The notes beneath the pieces were generated by a model that was not told the origin of the DNA, searched no databases, and saw only the letters and a list, made by a program, of their open reading frames with translations. Position numbers and translations under genes: made by a program. A stretch of DNA of 64,000 bases from a virus. Its lineage: Duplodnaviria; Caudoviricetes. The stretch spans positions 26,968 through 90,967 of IMG/VR virus record IMGVR_UViG_3300025708_000007; one strand, given 5' to 3'. Positions 35,794-44,540 of the stretch are shown piece by piece (position 1 is the first letter of the stretch; each line of letters opens with the position of its first letter).

Positions 35794-35868
35794 TGTTGGG
35801 TAGTTTACAATGGGCAAAACGTCTGCCATGCGCAGGTGGACAAGAGGGTTCAAATCCTTCTCCAACAG
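35794..35868 (+). pseudogene. tRNA-like gene with a 5-nt anticodon loop (CATGC)
   Basis: Good acceptor, D and T arms; TCTGC CATGC GCAGG. Confidence 0.55.
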
Positions 35869-36033
35869 CAATTAAGAACTGGTCGCACGGGTGTTTGTCC
35901 TAACCAGAAAAACATTGTTCACCGAATAGGTGAGTATCCGAAAGTGGGCGATTCGGAGTGTGAAAATTTTTTATAGGTCGGGTCACAGAGGGCGTGGCTT
36001 GGGTAACTGTCTCACAAGGCATCCTGTAAATAC

Positions 36034-36106
36034 GGTGCGGTAGCTCAGTTGGTAGAGCAATGGACTGAAAATCCATGTGTCGGCAGTTCGATTCTGCCCC
36101 GTACCA
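36034..36106 (+). tRNA. tRNA-Phe(GAA)
   Basis: ATGGA CT GAA AA TCCAT. Confidence 0.92.
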
Positions 36107-36151
36107 CCCCCATCCATGCGGTTCGCACTACACGAAGTAGGAAGTGCAAAT

Positions 36152-36224
36152 GCAGGAATAACTCAATTGGCAGAGCGTCAGCCTTCCAAGCTGAAAGTTG
36201 CGGGTTCGAATCCCGCTTCCTGCT
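36152..36224 (+). tRNA. tRNA-Gly(TCC)
   Basis: TCAGC CT TCC AA GCTGA; U73. Confidence 0.92.
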
Positions 36225-36278
36225 CAAAATGGGTCTGAGGGAGTCCCTTAAAGGTATAAATAACCTGTCCCTCTCCAT

Positions 36279-36352
36279 AGTGGTGTAGCTCAATTGGTTA
36301 GAGCACTCGGCTTATACCCAAGAGGTTGGGGGTTCAAGTCCCTTCACCACTA
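36279..36352 (+). tRNA. tRNA-Ile(TAT), rare anticodon
   Basis: CTCGG CT TAT AC CCAAG; A73. Confidence 0.85.
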
Positions 36353-36471
36353 CAAACGCAGTGCTCACAGTCTCGCAAACTGTTATAAAGGAGTAGTTAA
36401 ACCCGAAATCGGTTCTCGAAATCGGCTGCGTTTTATTTTTTTGGTTAACAATTTGTGTTAACCACGTATTT

Positions 36472-36834
36472 ATGCATAAATTGTATTTTATGATTAAAGA
36501 ATGTAAAAAACATGGGTTAACTGAATTTAGTTGTGTTGGAAATGGTAATGGCACAAAAAGATGGCGATGCAAAAAATGTGTTGTTGATGCAGTAACCAAA
36601 AGACGAAGAGTTTTAAAAGAAAAAGCAGTTGCATATAAAGGTGGAAAATGTGAAAAGTGTGGATATGATAAATATATTGGAGCACTTGAATTTCATCATC
36701 CTGAAAATAATAAAGAATTTGGAATCGGTCAAAAAGGATATACAAAAAGTTGGGAAGCAATAAAAAAAGAATTGGATAAATGTATGCTTGTTTGTTCTAA
36801 TTGTCATAAAGAAATTGCTGCTGGTATAATATAA
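36472..36834 (+). CDS. HNH endonuclease (paralog of 34393-34986)
   Basis: GGKCEKCGYDKYIGALEFHH...CSNCHKEI. Confidence 0.85.
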   Translation: MHKLYFMIKECKKHGLTEFSCVGNGNGTKRWRCKKCVVDAVTKRRRVLKEKAVAYKGGKCEKCGYDKYIGALEFHHPENNKEFGIGQKGYTKSWEAIKKELDKCMLVCSNCHKEIAAGII

Positions 36835-36908
36835 GCTTCGGTAGCTCAGTTGGTAGTAGCATCTGACTGTTAATCAGAGGGTCGCAGGTTCAAGTCCTGC
36901 CCGGAGCG
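36835..36908 (+). tRNA. tRNA-Asn(GTT)
   Basis: TCTGA CT GTT AA TCAGA; G73. Confidence 0.92.
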
Positions 36909-37055
36909 CAAAAAAGATTTGGAATCATCATTTTAATTATTATCTTTGTTTTTTAATTTTTATAAAATGTACGAATATCCAAAGCTTAGTGAACGGTACT
37001 TTTTCTGGAAAAGATTGTATCAAAAATTGAAAAAGGGCAATAAATTCTATCACAC

Positions 37056-37547
37056 ATGATTATAACAGTAATATTATTATGCCTAATTGTTGTTTTTGTT
37101 GTTTTCGAAAAACTCAATTTCGATTTAAAAGACCCGTTTTATATTTTAAAACAAGCAAATATTTTTTTCAATGAATTGTGTCGTGACGATAATGTTTTCA
37201 TGGTCGAAAAACCACGTCCTGTTTTATATTCGTATTATCTAAACGATAAGGGTAAAATCAACAAAAATACAATTGCTTTCGGACAATATTTTCCATTTAA
37301 ATTCTTAAACCATGAAAATGATGAGAAAAAAAAGTATTTGACCTTAATTGCAATAAGATTATTAGAATGGCTTAAATTATATTATTCTGGAAGAATTTTA
37401 ATAGAAAATGGAAAACGAATTTCATCAAATAATATTGTCATCAAATTTAATGGTTTCACGTTATTTGGAAAATATGTGGTAAACAATGGTGGAATCTATA
37501 CGATATTTCTTTTGTTTTTATTTTTTTTATTAGATAAAATTATATGA
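37056..37547 (+). CDS. Hypothetical membrane protein
   Basis: Hydrophobic N and C termini. Confidence 0.55.
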   Translation: MIITVILLCLIVVFVVFEKLNFDLKDPFYILKQANIFFNELCRDDNVFMVEKPRPVLYSYYLNDKGKINKNTIAFGQYFPFKFLNHENDEKKKYLTLIAIRLLEWLKLYYSGRILIENGKRISSNNIVIKFNGFTLFGKYVVNNGGIYTIFLLFLFFLLDKII

Positions 37548-37888
37548 AAAAATACCTTTTTGTTGGTGAACGCAGAAGTCCAACTGCAATTCGAATGAAT
37601 GTTACATGGGTAGATAAACGCCTTGCTGCAGGACACCTTTATAAAGCATTAAAAAATCTTGATATTTGTTGGGATGAATGTGCATTCGCAAACGTCTTCG
37701 AAGACAAAATCGAGGACATTTTGTCCTTCAAAGGTGTGGTTATTGCAATGGGCAGAAAAGTTGAAAGAGAACTCAAAAAACACCAAATACAACACGAATT
37801 TATTTATCATCCCGCAACTCGTGGAGCGGTAAGAAACATTGAAAAATATAAAAATCACGTTAAAGAAAGAATCGGTCATATTGCTTGA
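37544..37888 (+). CDS. Hypothetical protein (uracil-DNA-glycosylase-like fold possible)
   Basis: FVGE, IAMG, IYHPA motifs. Confidence 0.45.
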   Translation: MKKYLFVGERRSPTAIRMNVTWVDKRLAAGHLYKALKNLDICWDECAFANVFEDKIEDILSFKGVVIAMGRKVERELKKHQIQHEFIYHPATRGAVRNIEKYKNHVKERIGHIA

Positions 37889-37910
37889 GTATTTATATTA
37901 AACTCGCAAC

Positions 37911-38180
37911 ATGAAAAAGATACTTAAAGCAATACAACGCTGGTTCGAACATTACGGATTGGTTAAAATCCTTGCTGCATTCATAATCTTGGCACTTGCT
38001 GTCGCAATTGGAAGAAGATTTCCTGAAACACAAACAGTTTGTGGATGGATTGGTGCAATTTCCGGTGGATATTTATTACTTACATTTGTTGTATTTTTTA
38101 TTGCAGGAATTGTTAATACAATAAAAGACATAATTGCAGTCAGAAAAGAAAAAAATGAAGAAAATAATACCGAAGAATAA
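37911..38180 (+). CDS. Small membrane protein
   Basis: Two TM segments. Confidence 0.6.
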   Translation: MKKILKAIQRWFEHYGLVKILAAFIILALAVAIGRRFPETQTVCGWIGAISGGYLLLTFVVFFIAGIVNTIKDIIAVRKEKNEENNTEE

Positions 38181-38679
38181 GAGAAGACCATTTCCGTACT
38201 TTGATTTCTTCATACCAGTATTAATCAACAGGAATAAAGATTATTCAATTATCAGATATTTTAAATTCACTGAAACTGCAATTTATTTGTTTAATGATGA
38301 AGACCAACACGATGTGAATAAATTATTTGGTTTCAGTTTTGGTTGGCATCACAAAAATTCAGTGAGGTTTGGTTGGAGACCCAACGAAACTCTGGATAAA
38401 ATTGAAATTGTTGGATATGAATATATTAATAAATTAAGAGTACCAACAATACCAATTTGTGATATTGAATTAAACAAATGGTATGGATTTGAATTGAAAT
38501 ATAAAAGTGGTGTTTTTGGACAAATTGAATATACCGTAACTGATGGTATTGAACATCATAGCACAGTTCATCCAATCACATTAAAAAATACTTGGAATTT
38601 AGGTTATAAACTTTTCCTCTATTTTGGTGGAAATAAAAAAGCACCACACGATATTTTAATATATCAAGCAAATAAATAA
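38155..38679 (+). CDS. Hypothetical protein
   Basis: NKLFGFS...NSVRFGWR...LYFGGNKKAPH. Confidence 0.65.
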   Translation: MKKIIPKNKRRPFPYFDFFIPVLINRNKDYSIIRYFKFTETAIYLFNDEDQHDVNKLFGFSFGWHHKNSVRFGWRPNETLDKIEIVGYEYINKLRVPTIPICDIELNKWYGFELKYKSGVFGQIEYTVTDGIEHHSTVHPITLKNTWNLGYKLFLYFGGNKKAPHDILIYQANK

Positions 38680-38681
38680 AT

Positions 38682-38765
38682 GCCGAAGTCGCTTAGTGGT
38701 CGATAGCACTGGTTTTGTAAACCAGAGGATAATATCCCACGTGGGTTCGAATCCCACCTTCGGCT
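38682..38765 (+). tRNA. tRNA-Thr(TGT) with long variable arm
   Basis: CTGGT TT TGT AA ACCAG; GGAT AAT ATCC arm. Confidence 0.85.
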
Positions 38766-38771
38766 CTCATT

Positions 38772-38845
38772 GCCGACATGGTTTCAGTGGCAACAACACC
38801 ACTTTCGTAAAGTGACAATCGTGAGTTCGAATCTCACTGTCGGCT
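38772..38845 (+). tRNA. tRNA-Thr(CGT)
   Basis: CACT TT CGT AA AGTG. Confidence 0.85.
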
Positions 38846-38914
38846 CAAAAAGGAGCAACTTTTCAAGATTTCTTCGTTTCATTCGTATTAGTATTTATAT
38901 GAAATACGATTGTA

Positions 38915-39646
38915 ATGAAGCCAGAGAATAAAGTATTATCCATCATCAATGAAGAAATTAATCTTTTTGAAACTGATATTAGCGGACACGCTTTTGACCA
39001 GATGAGAAAAAGATTGGATAGGATGAAATCTGGTGGTGACATTACACCGGAAGAAGATGCTGAAATAAGAAAAAATTTAAATAGCATTTTAACACACGAA
39101 TTTGATTCAAAAGATTATGGCATTTTTTTGGGTGCGTTTAAGCCAAATCCAAAATCACCACTTTATACCATAACAAATCCATATGACCCCGGAATACCAT
39201 TCTATCAAATATTTTCTGATGATGGTGTTTTCGCAAAAGATTCAACTGGCGATGAAATGTGGGCAATCATAAGAAACAATGTGTTAAAGACGGTGATGCT
39301 TAGAAAGAGTGTTCAACGCAGGTCAATGAATAAAGAAAGAAATGTTGACGGTGGATTGGGTGTTGATATAGCAATTCCAAATTTGGAAAAATTCTTAGCA
39401 AACGAAAAACAAAAAAAGGAATTGTTTCAACAAAAAATGTTGCAAAGGCAGCAAGAAGAAAAAAGCACAATCAATGTGGATGGTGTCATCTGGGCAATTG
39501 ATACAAAAAACCAAAAACTTTATAAGAAAAATAATCCAAATGTTTTTGTAACATTTGATAACATATTAAATCATCCTGCATGGAATGAAAATACGCAAGA
39601 GAAAGTATTTAATTATGTAACCGATTATCTCGATACTTTAAAGTAA
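38915..39646 (+). CDS. Hypothetical protein with IINEEI leader
   Basis: 243-aa ORF; SGHAFDQM. Confidence 0.7.
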   Translation: MKPENKVLSIINEEINLFETDISGHAFDQMRKRLDRMKSGGDITPEEDAEIRKNLNSILTHEFDSKDYGIFLGAFKPNPKSPLYTITNPYDPGIPFYQIFSDDGVFAKDSTGDEMWAIIRNNVLKTVMLRKSVQRRSMNKERNVDGGLGVDIAIPNLEKFLANEKQKKELFQQKMLQRQQEEKSTINVDGVIWAIDTKNQKLYKKNNPNVFVTFDNILNHPAWNENTQEKVFNYVTDYLDTLK

Positions 39647-39679
39647 AAATAATAATTATTAATCCTAAAACTATGGAAA

Positions 39680-39916
39680 GTGATGAAGGTGGTAAACAGG
39701 GAAAAAACAGCAACCTTATTTCTGTTCTTAGGGACTTTTTTCAATCCCTTGGGATACGATGCTTTACTCAAATGGCTAATGGATACAACAGGCAGTTATT
39801 GGTTTTCAATTTCTATTTTTTACCTTGTTTCAGCCTCATGCTTTATTTCATACTTCTTGTTGGCTAAAGTAAATCCATTTGCTTGGTTGAAAAATAAAAG
39901 GAAAAAGAGTGAATAA
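39680..39916 (+). CDS. Small membrane protein
   Basis: GTFFNPLGYD plus hydrophobic segments. Confidence 0.6.
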   Translation: MMKVVNREKTATLFLFLGTFFNPLGYDALLKWLMDTTGSYWFSISIFYLVSASCFISYFLLAKVNPFAWLKNKRKKSE

Positions 39917-39948
39917 TTTCACTCTTTTTTCATATCTTTGTAATCTAT

Positions 39949-40022
39949 GCACCCGTAGCTCATTTGGATAGAGCATCGGTCTTCTAAACCGAGGGTGGTG
40001 AGTTCGAATCTCACCGGGTGTA
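39949..40022 (+). tRNA. tRNA-Arg(TCT)
   Basis: TCGGT CT TCT AA ACCGA. Confidence 0.92.
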
Positions 40023-40133
40023 CAAAAACACACAAAATGAAAACAGTTATTTGTCCAAAATGTGGAAAAGTAATTGCAGTGCCGGAAGGAAAAGATTTTG
40101 TAATTTGCTGCGATGAAGTAATTTATGTGATTA

Positions 40134-40358
40134 ATGAAGTTCACGATTGAAAACATGCCACCACTTATAGTGCTGGATGAAAAAGGTAAAGAAGTAAAAT
40201 TAAATGGTTATGCTTTTATGGATGAATATAAGCATTGCATTATAATCCGATATGGAGAGGGAAGTAGAGATGCAATGGCAAAGTATTTAACTGAAGAAGG
40301 CGACCCATTAGGAATTAAATACCACTATGTTAATATGCTCCCATCGTCCAACGGATAG
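40134..40358 (+). CDS. Hypothetical protein
   Basis: 74-aa ORF ending inside the next tRNA. Confidence 0.45.
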   Translation: MKFTIENMPPLIVLDEKGKEVKLNGYAFMDEYKHCIIIRYGEGSRDAMAKYLTEEGDPLGIKYHYVNMLPSSNG

Positions 40359-40408
40359 GGTGAAGGTTTCCTAAACCTTAGATGCAGGTTCGATTCCTGC
40401 TGGGAGTA
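40337..40408 (+). tRNA. tRNA-Arg(CCT)
   Basis: AAGGT TT CCT AA ACCTT. Confidence 0.88.
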
Positions 40409-40420
40409 CAAAAAATAAAT

Positions 40421-40494
40421 GCCCTTGTAGTTCAATGGATAGAATGCTTGGTTTCGACCCAAGAGGTTTGCGGGTTCGAGTCCTGCCAAGGGTA
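40421..40494 (+). tRNA. tRNA-Arg(TCG)
   Basis: CTTGG TT TCG AC CCAAG. Confidence 0.88.
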
Positions 40495-40499
40495 CAAAT

Positions 40500-40577
40500 G
40501 CATCTGTGGCGCAATTGGATTAGCGCATTGGTCTACGAAACCAAAGGTTGTGAGTTCGAATCTCACCAGATGTACCA
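40500..40577 (+). tRNA. tRNA-Arg(ACG), CCA encoded
   Basis: TTGGT CT ACG AA ACCAA. Confidence 0.92.
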
Positions 40578-40601
40578 AAGTATTTATGGTAAAAGATTAA
40601 T

Positions 40602-40952
40602 ATGTGTCTAAAACCAAAAGTAAAAAAAATGAACGGCTTCGTGAGTTTTATCACGTTTGGCTTTGCAGCAGGAATTACATTAGCACCATTCGGTATTTAC
40701 ATCAAAGAAAAATATTTGACGTTAAAACGAATGGTAAACCACGAAAAAATTCATTGGCAACAGCAATTAGAAATGCTGATAATCTTTTTCTACATTTGGT
40801 ATTTTGTTGAATGGTTGATTAAATTATTTTTTTATGGAAGTAAAGCATATTATAATCTTTCATTTGAACGTGAAGCCAATGAATATGAAAATGATTTCGA
40901 GTATTTGAAAAAAAGAAAACATTTTGCTTGGATTAAAAGAATTTTTAAGTAA
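40602..40952 (+). CDS. HExxH zincin-like membrane protein
   Basis: NHEKIHWQQQLE; SFEREA. Confidence 0.7.
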   Translation: MCLKPKVKKMNGFVSFITFGFAAGITLAPFGIYIKEKYLTLKRMVNHEKIHWQQQLEMLIIFFYIWYFVEWLIKLFFYGSKAYYNLSFEREANEYENDFEYLKKRKHFAWIKRIFK

Positions 40953-41015
40953 TTTTGCATACATGAAGAAAACAAACACATCGTAAATCAGTCCTGCTAC
41001 TGATTAATTACGATT

Positions 41016-41267
41016 ATGTTGTTCAGAGAAACAAAGAAGCAGGAACAACCAGAAGAAGTAATCAAGGATGATGCCTATTATAGAAAGCATCCGAAAATTG
41101 CAAGACTCTGGCTCGTGGAAATTACCTCTACGGATGGTGAAATCTACAAATTTTACGTTAATGCCTTAACACAATTTGATGCTTATGAAAAAGCAGATGG
41201 TTATGTTTACTGGCTTGAAAACGAAAAACTAAGGAATATACTGAAAACTTTTCGGTTGATGCCTTAA
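41016..41267 (+). CDS. Hypothetical protein
   Basis: 83-aa ORF. Confidence 0.55.
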   Translation: MLFRETKKQEQPEEVIKDDAYYRKHPKIARLWLVEITSTDGEIYKFYVNALTQFDAYEKADGYVYWLENEKLRNILKTFRLMP

Positions 41268-41276
41268 CAAAAAAAG

Positions 41277-41364
41277 TGAGTTGTATGCATGGAGTGTGAA
41301 GTCTGCTCCGGTAACTTAAAACTGCGGTAACGTGCAGAGACCGATGGTGCTCCACACAACTTAT
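41277..41364 (+). ncRNA. Candidate ~88-nt structured RNA upstream of tRNA-Gly
   Basis: GAGTTGT/ACAACTT, TGGAGT/GCTCCA and TCTGC/GCAGA nested stems. Confidence 0.4.
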
Positions 41365-41372
41365 TTTAAAAT

Positions 41373-41444
41373 GCGAGATTAGCTCAGTGGTAGAGCACGA
41401 CTTTGCCAAAGTCGGGGTCGTGGGTTCAAATCCCATATCTCGCT
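41373..41444 (+). tRNA. tRNA-Gly(GCC)
   Basis: CGACT TT GCC AA AGTCG. Confidence 0.92.
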
Positions 41445-41495
41445 CAATTTTGTAACATTTTTAAATTTTTATTCGTATAATGAGAAAAACTTAAT

Positions 41496-41801
41496 ATGAA
41501 TTACAAGGGTAAGAAATATAAAAAGGTGAATTTGTTCTGGAAACAACATCTAAACCCAATTAAAAAAGGTGATTTAGTTGTTGTACATTGCAAACCCAGC
41601 AGTGATTATTTCAAATATAATGGAATATATACTATTGTAGATGATTGGAGAGGTATTGATATTGAAAATTATGATGGCGAAGGTCATACGCTCTGTTTGA
41701 AACTTGGATATAATATCAGTTACAGAGATTTTTCTAAATTGGTTGAAGTCGAAAGAAAGAAAAATCTTCCAATGCCACTAAAAGAAAAACAAGAATATTA
41801 G
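41496..41801 (+). CDS. Hypothetical protein
   Basis: 101-aa ORF. Confidence 0.55.
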   Translation: MNYKGKKYKKVNLFWKQHLNPIKKGDLVVVHCKPSSDYFKYNGIYTIVDDWRGIDIENYDGEGHTLCLKLGYNISYRDFSKLVEVERKKNLPMPLKEKQEY

Positions 41802-41953
41802 TGTGGTTATACAAAAATCGACTACCCCGCCACACAAAAAAATAACACAGAGGATTCATCGCTTATAGGACATTTTATAGGACAAAGTGTCTCATAAGAG
41901 GAACTTCAGAACATCGCTTTTATTAAAAATCATTGTATTTATAATAAAAAACT

Positions 41954-42577
41954 ATGGCAAAATATTATCATAAGTGTTCAATATGCAATAAAAGAGTAAA
42001 AAGAAAAAAACCAAATTTTAATGGTAAAATAATTTGTAATCCTTGTAAGAAAAATGAAAATACTGTAAAATGTTTATGTTGTGGAAAATATTTTAAAAAA
42101 AGAGTTTCTAAACGTAAATTTTGTTCACGAGCATGTTCTGGAAAATATCTTGGTGAGCATACATTAAAAGGTAGAAAACTTTCAACAATTACAAAAGAAA
42201 AACTTTCAAAAATTGCATCTGGAAATAACAACGGAATCATAAAAACCAAATATTATAAAATATTTTCACCACATATGAATAAATTTGTTGCCGTTCAGGG
42301 AACATATGAATTGAAATATGCTAAATATCTTAATGAAAATAATGTTGATTGGATAAGGTCAAAAGAAATTTCAATGCAATATAAAAAAGCCGATAATGTG
42401 ACAAGAAATTATTTTCCAGATTTTTATCTTCCAAATACAGATGAGTATATTGAAATTAAAGGATATTTTTTTCCTAAAGATAAAGAAAAAATGAAATTGG
42501 TTCAAAAACAAAATAACAATAAAAACATTCGGATTTTATTTAAAGAAGACTTGGAAAAACTAAACATTATTTTATAG
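41954..42577 (+). CDS. NUMOD3 plus TnsA-like PD-(D/E)XK endonuclease
   Basis: GRKLSTITKEKLS; YFPDFYL...YIEIKG. Confidence 0.8.
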   Translation: MAKYYHKCSICNKRVKRKKPNFNGKIICNPCKKNENTVKCLCCGKYFKKRVSKRKFCSRACSGKYLGEHTLKGRKLSTITKEKLSKIASGNNNGIIKTKYYKIFSPHMNKFVAVQGTYELKYAKYLNENNVDWIRSKEISMQYKKADNVTRNYFPDFYLPNTDEYIEIKGYFFPKDKEKMKLVQKQNNNKNIRILFKEDLEKLNIIL

Positions 42578-42787
42578 ATATTCATTATAAGTGAGTAGTA
42601 GCGTGTATTTTACATGAGAAAACTCCGAACACCGTTGCTGGACGCAGGAGACCTAAACAGTCGTTAATACTGCGGAGTGGTGCAAGCCAAATAGACTTAG
42701 AGGGAAAGCAACTCAGTGATAGTCGGGTTGGTGCATTAGATAAATTACTACATAAAGCAGAATTCGGGTTACGGCTGTAATGAATAT
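42578..42787 (+). ncRNA. rnpB: Minimal RNase P RNA candidate
   Basis: P1, P2, P3, P4 with bulged U (AAC-U-CCGAA / TTCGGGTT), GCAAGCCAAATAG, TAGATAAAT and GCAGAATTCGGGTTAC conserved-region motifs in the correct order. Confidence 0.75.
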
Positions 42788-42864
42788 TTATAAAATTCTG
42801 GGTACGCTCACGTTATTTTTATTTTTTTTGTAACATATTCAAATTTATTTCGTATATTTGCCGA

Positions 42865-43182
42865 ATGGAAAATGAATTATGGGAAATATTAGTCCCTGCG
42901 TCAAACAATAAAGACCAGAAATTCAGCTTTGAACACCACAAAGCATGGGATGCTTTTGTAAAAAAGACAACTGGTGGTGTTACAATAATGAAAACAGCCA
43001 AAGGTCAGTGGGTTAGTCCTACTGGAAAACTTTATATTGACAGAATGATACCCTGCAGAATTGTTTGTACTGAAGAACAGATGTCAGAGATTATTGACTT
43101 TACACTGGAACACTATAATCAGGAAGCAGTTCTGGCTTACAGGATTTCAACGAATGTAATTTTACGTTATAAAAATAAATAA
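42865..43182 (+). CDS. Hypothetical protein
   Basis: 105-aa ORF. Confidence 0.65.
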   Translation: MENELWEILVPASNNKDQKFSFEHHKAWDAFVKKTTGGVTIMKTAKGQWVSPTGKLYIDRMIPCRIVCTEEQMSEIIDFTLEHYNQEAVLAYRISTNVILRYKNK

Positions 43183-43184
43183 TC

Positions 43185-43448
43185 ATGAAACTTTATCATT
43201 TTAATCACAATGGCTATGGTGAAGAATTTTATGTAATGGCAGAAAATAAAATTGATGCACATAAATATCTTCTTAAATATCTACAAGAAAAAATTGATGA
43301 CCCAAGAAATCATGTCTATAAAAGCATGTATAAACAAGACCTAAATGATTGGATAAATGTGAATCCAGAAGACCCAGATACTTTTCCAAGTTCGTTTACT
43401 TTAGACGAATATGAGGAAGGTTTTGTTATTCAATCAGAAGTGGCTTGA
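43185..43448 (+). CDS. Hypothetical protein
   Basis: 87-aa ORF. Confidence 0.6.
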   Translation: MKLYHFNHNGYGEEFYVMAENKIDAHKYLLKYLQEKIDDPRNHVYKSMYKQDLNDWINVNPEDPDTFPSSFTLDEYEEGFVIQSEVA

Positions 43449-43453
43449 TTATT

Positions 43454-43538
43454 GGAGAGATGGGTGAGTGGCTTAAACCACCAGTTTGCTAAACTGACGT
43501 ATGTAACAGTACCGAGGGTTCGAATCCCTCTCTCTCCG
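43454..43538 (+). tRNA. tRNA-Ser(GCT)
   Basis: CAGT TT GCT AA ACTG; long variable arm. Confidence 0.92.
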
Positions 43539-43575
43539 CAAACATAATTTTTCGTATTTATATTAAACGAATGTT

Positions 43576-43749
43576 ATGTGGGAATATAAAATGGTTTACG
43601 TCAAATATAAATTATTTCAAGAATTAAATGATAAATTAAACGAATTTGGTGCAGATAATTGGGAAGTAATTTATTATCAAGAGAATAAACCCAAAGAGTG
43701 GGGCAATGAGCACGAAGCAAAAATATTATTTAAGAAACAAAAAAATTAA
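43576..43749 (+). CDS. DUF4177-like small protein
   Basis: MWEYK...LNEFGADNWEV...FKK (below the ORF-track cutoff). Confidence 0.6.
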   Translation: MWEYKMVYVKYKLFQELNDKLNEFGADNWEVIYYQENKPKEWGNEHEAKILFKKQKN

Positions 43750-43755
43750 TCCAGC

Positions 43756-43971
43756 ATGTACACACCGAGAAAAGCAATAACTATTAATAGTGATGGCGAT
43801 AGCGCATTGACGTTAGTTAAGCCATTTTCAAATGAACATCCCGATGATTTGTTTGTAATATATGAAGACGCATATGGCGAAATGTATGGGATATTAACAC
43901 CAATCAGTATCGTCAGAGAAAAATTCAATGGAACTGATGAAGAATTCAGTGAAATCTTAGAACGGCTATGA
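43756..43971 (+). CDS. Hypothetical protein
   Basis: 71-aa ORF. Confidence 0.55.
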   Translation: MYTPRKAITINSDGDSALTLVKPFSNEHPDDLFVIYEDAYGEMYGILTPISIVREKFNGTDEEFSEILERL

Positions 43972-44540
43972 ATGTAACTGCAACAAACATACCTGATGTA
44001 TTAATAATAACACCGCACATTTATCGTGATGAAAGAGGATATTTTTTTGAGACATTCAATCACGAAAAACTTGAAAATTACATAGGTGAGTTCAATGTAG
44101 TTCAAGAAAATCAATCCAAATCATATCGTGGCGTTGTAAGAGGATTTCATTTTCAAAAACCACCATATAATCAAGCTAAAATAGTGTCAGTGGTTAAAGG
44201 AATGGTATTGGATGTTGTGGTAGATATACGTGTCGATTCTCCGACATTTGGTGAGTGGGTATCGATTATTTTGGATGGTACAAATAAATTAAGCTTATTT
44301 ATTCCGAGAGGATTTGCACACGGCTTTATCACATTATCCAAAGACGCAATATTTCAATATAAGGTGGATAATAAATATTCACCCACTCACGAAACTGGCA
44401 TTAAATATGATGATAAAGTATTAAATGTTGATTGGAAAATGAAGGCAAGATTGATGGTCAGCCAAAAAGATAAAATGTTGCCAATCTTTAATCAATGTGA
44501 ATTTTATAAGAAAGGAGAATATCATGAAAATCCTAAATGA
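43968..44540 (+). CDS. rmlC: dTDP-4-dehydrorhamnose 3,5-epimerase
   Basis: DERGYFFE; RGFHFQ; QAKIV; GFAHGF. Confidence 0.92.
   Translation: MNVTATNIPDVLIITPHIYRDERGYFFETFNHEKLENYIGEFNVVQENQSKSYRGVVRGFHFQKPPYNQAKIVSVVKGMVLDVVVDIRVDSPTFGEWVSIILDGTNKLSLFIPRGFAHGFITLSKDAIFQYKVDNKYSPTHETGIKYDDKVLNVDWKMKARLMVSQKDKMLPIFNQCEFYKKGEYHENPK

Noticed and set aside
35546-36151. CRISPR array from the three repeated hairpins
   Set aside because: Only three degenerate copies, separated by whole tRNA genes of unequal length, and no cas genes.
6655-36599. ORF-track calls over tRNA arrays (e.g. 6655-6987, 6783-7028, 7788-8012, 13092-13310, 34121-34384, 35665-35871, 36045-36293)
   Set aside because: Shadow frames of tRNA and ncRNA genes; no protein-like composition.
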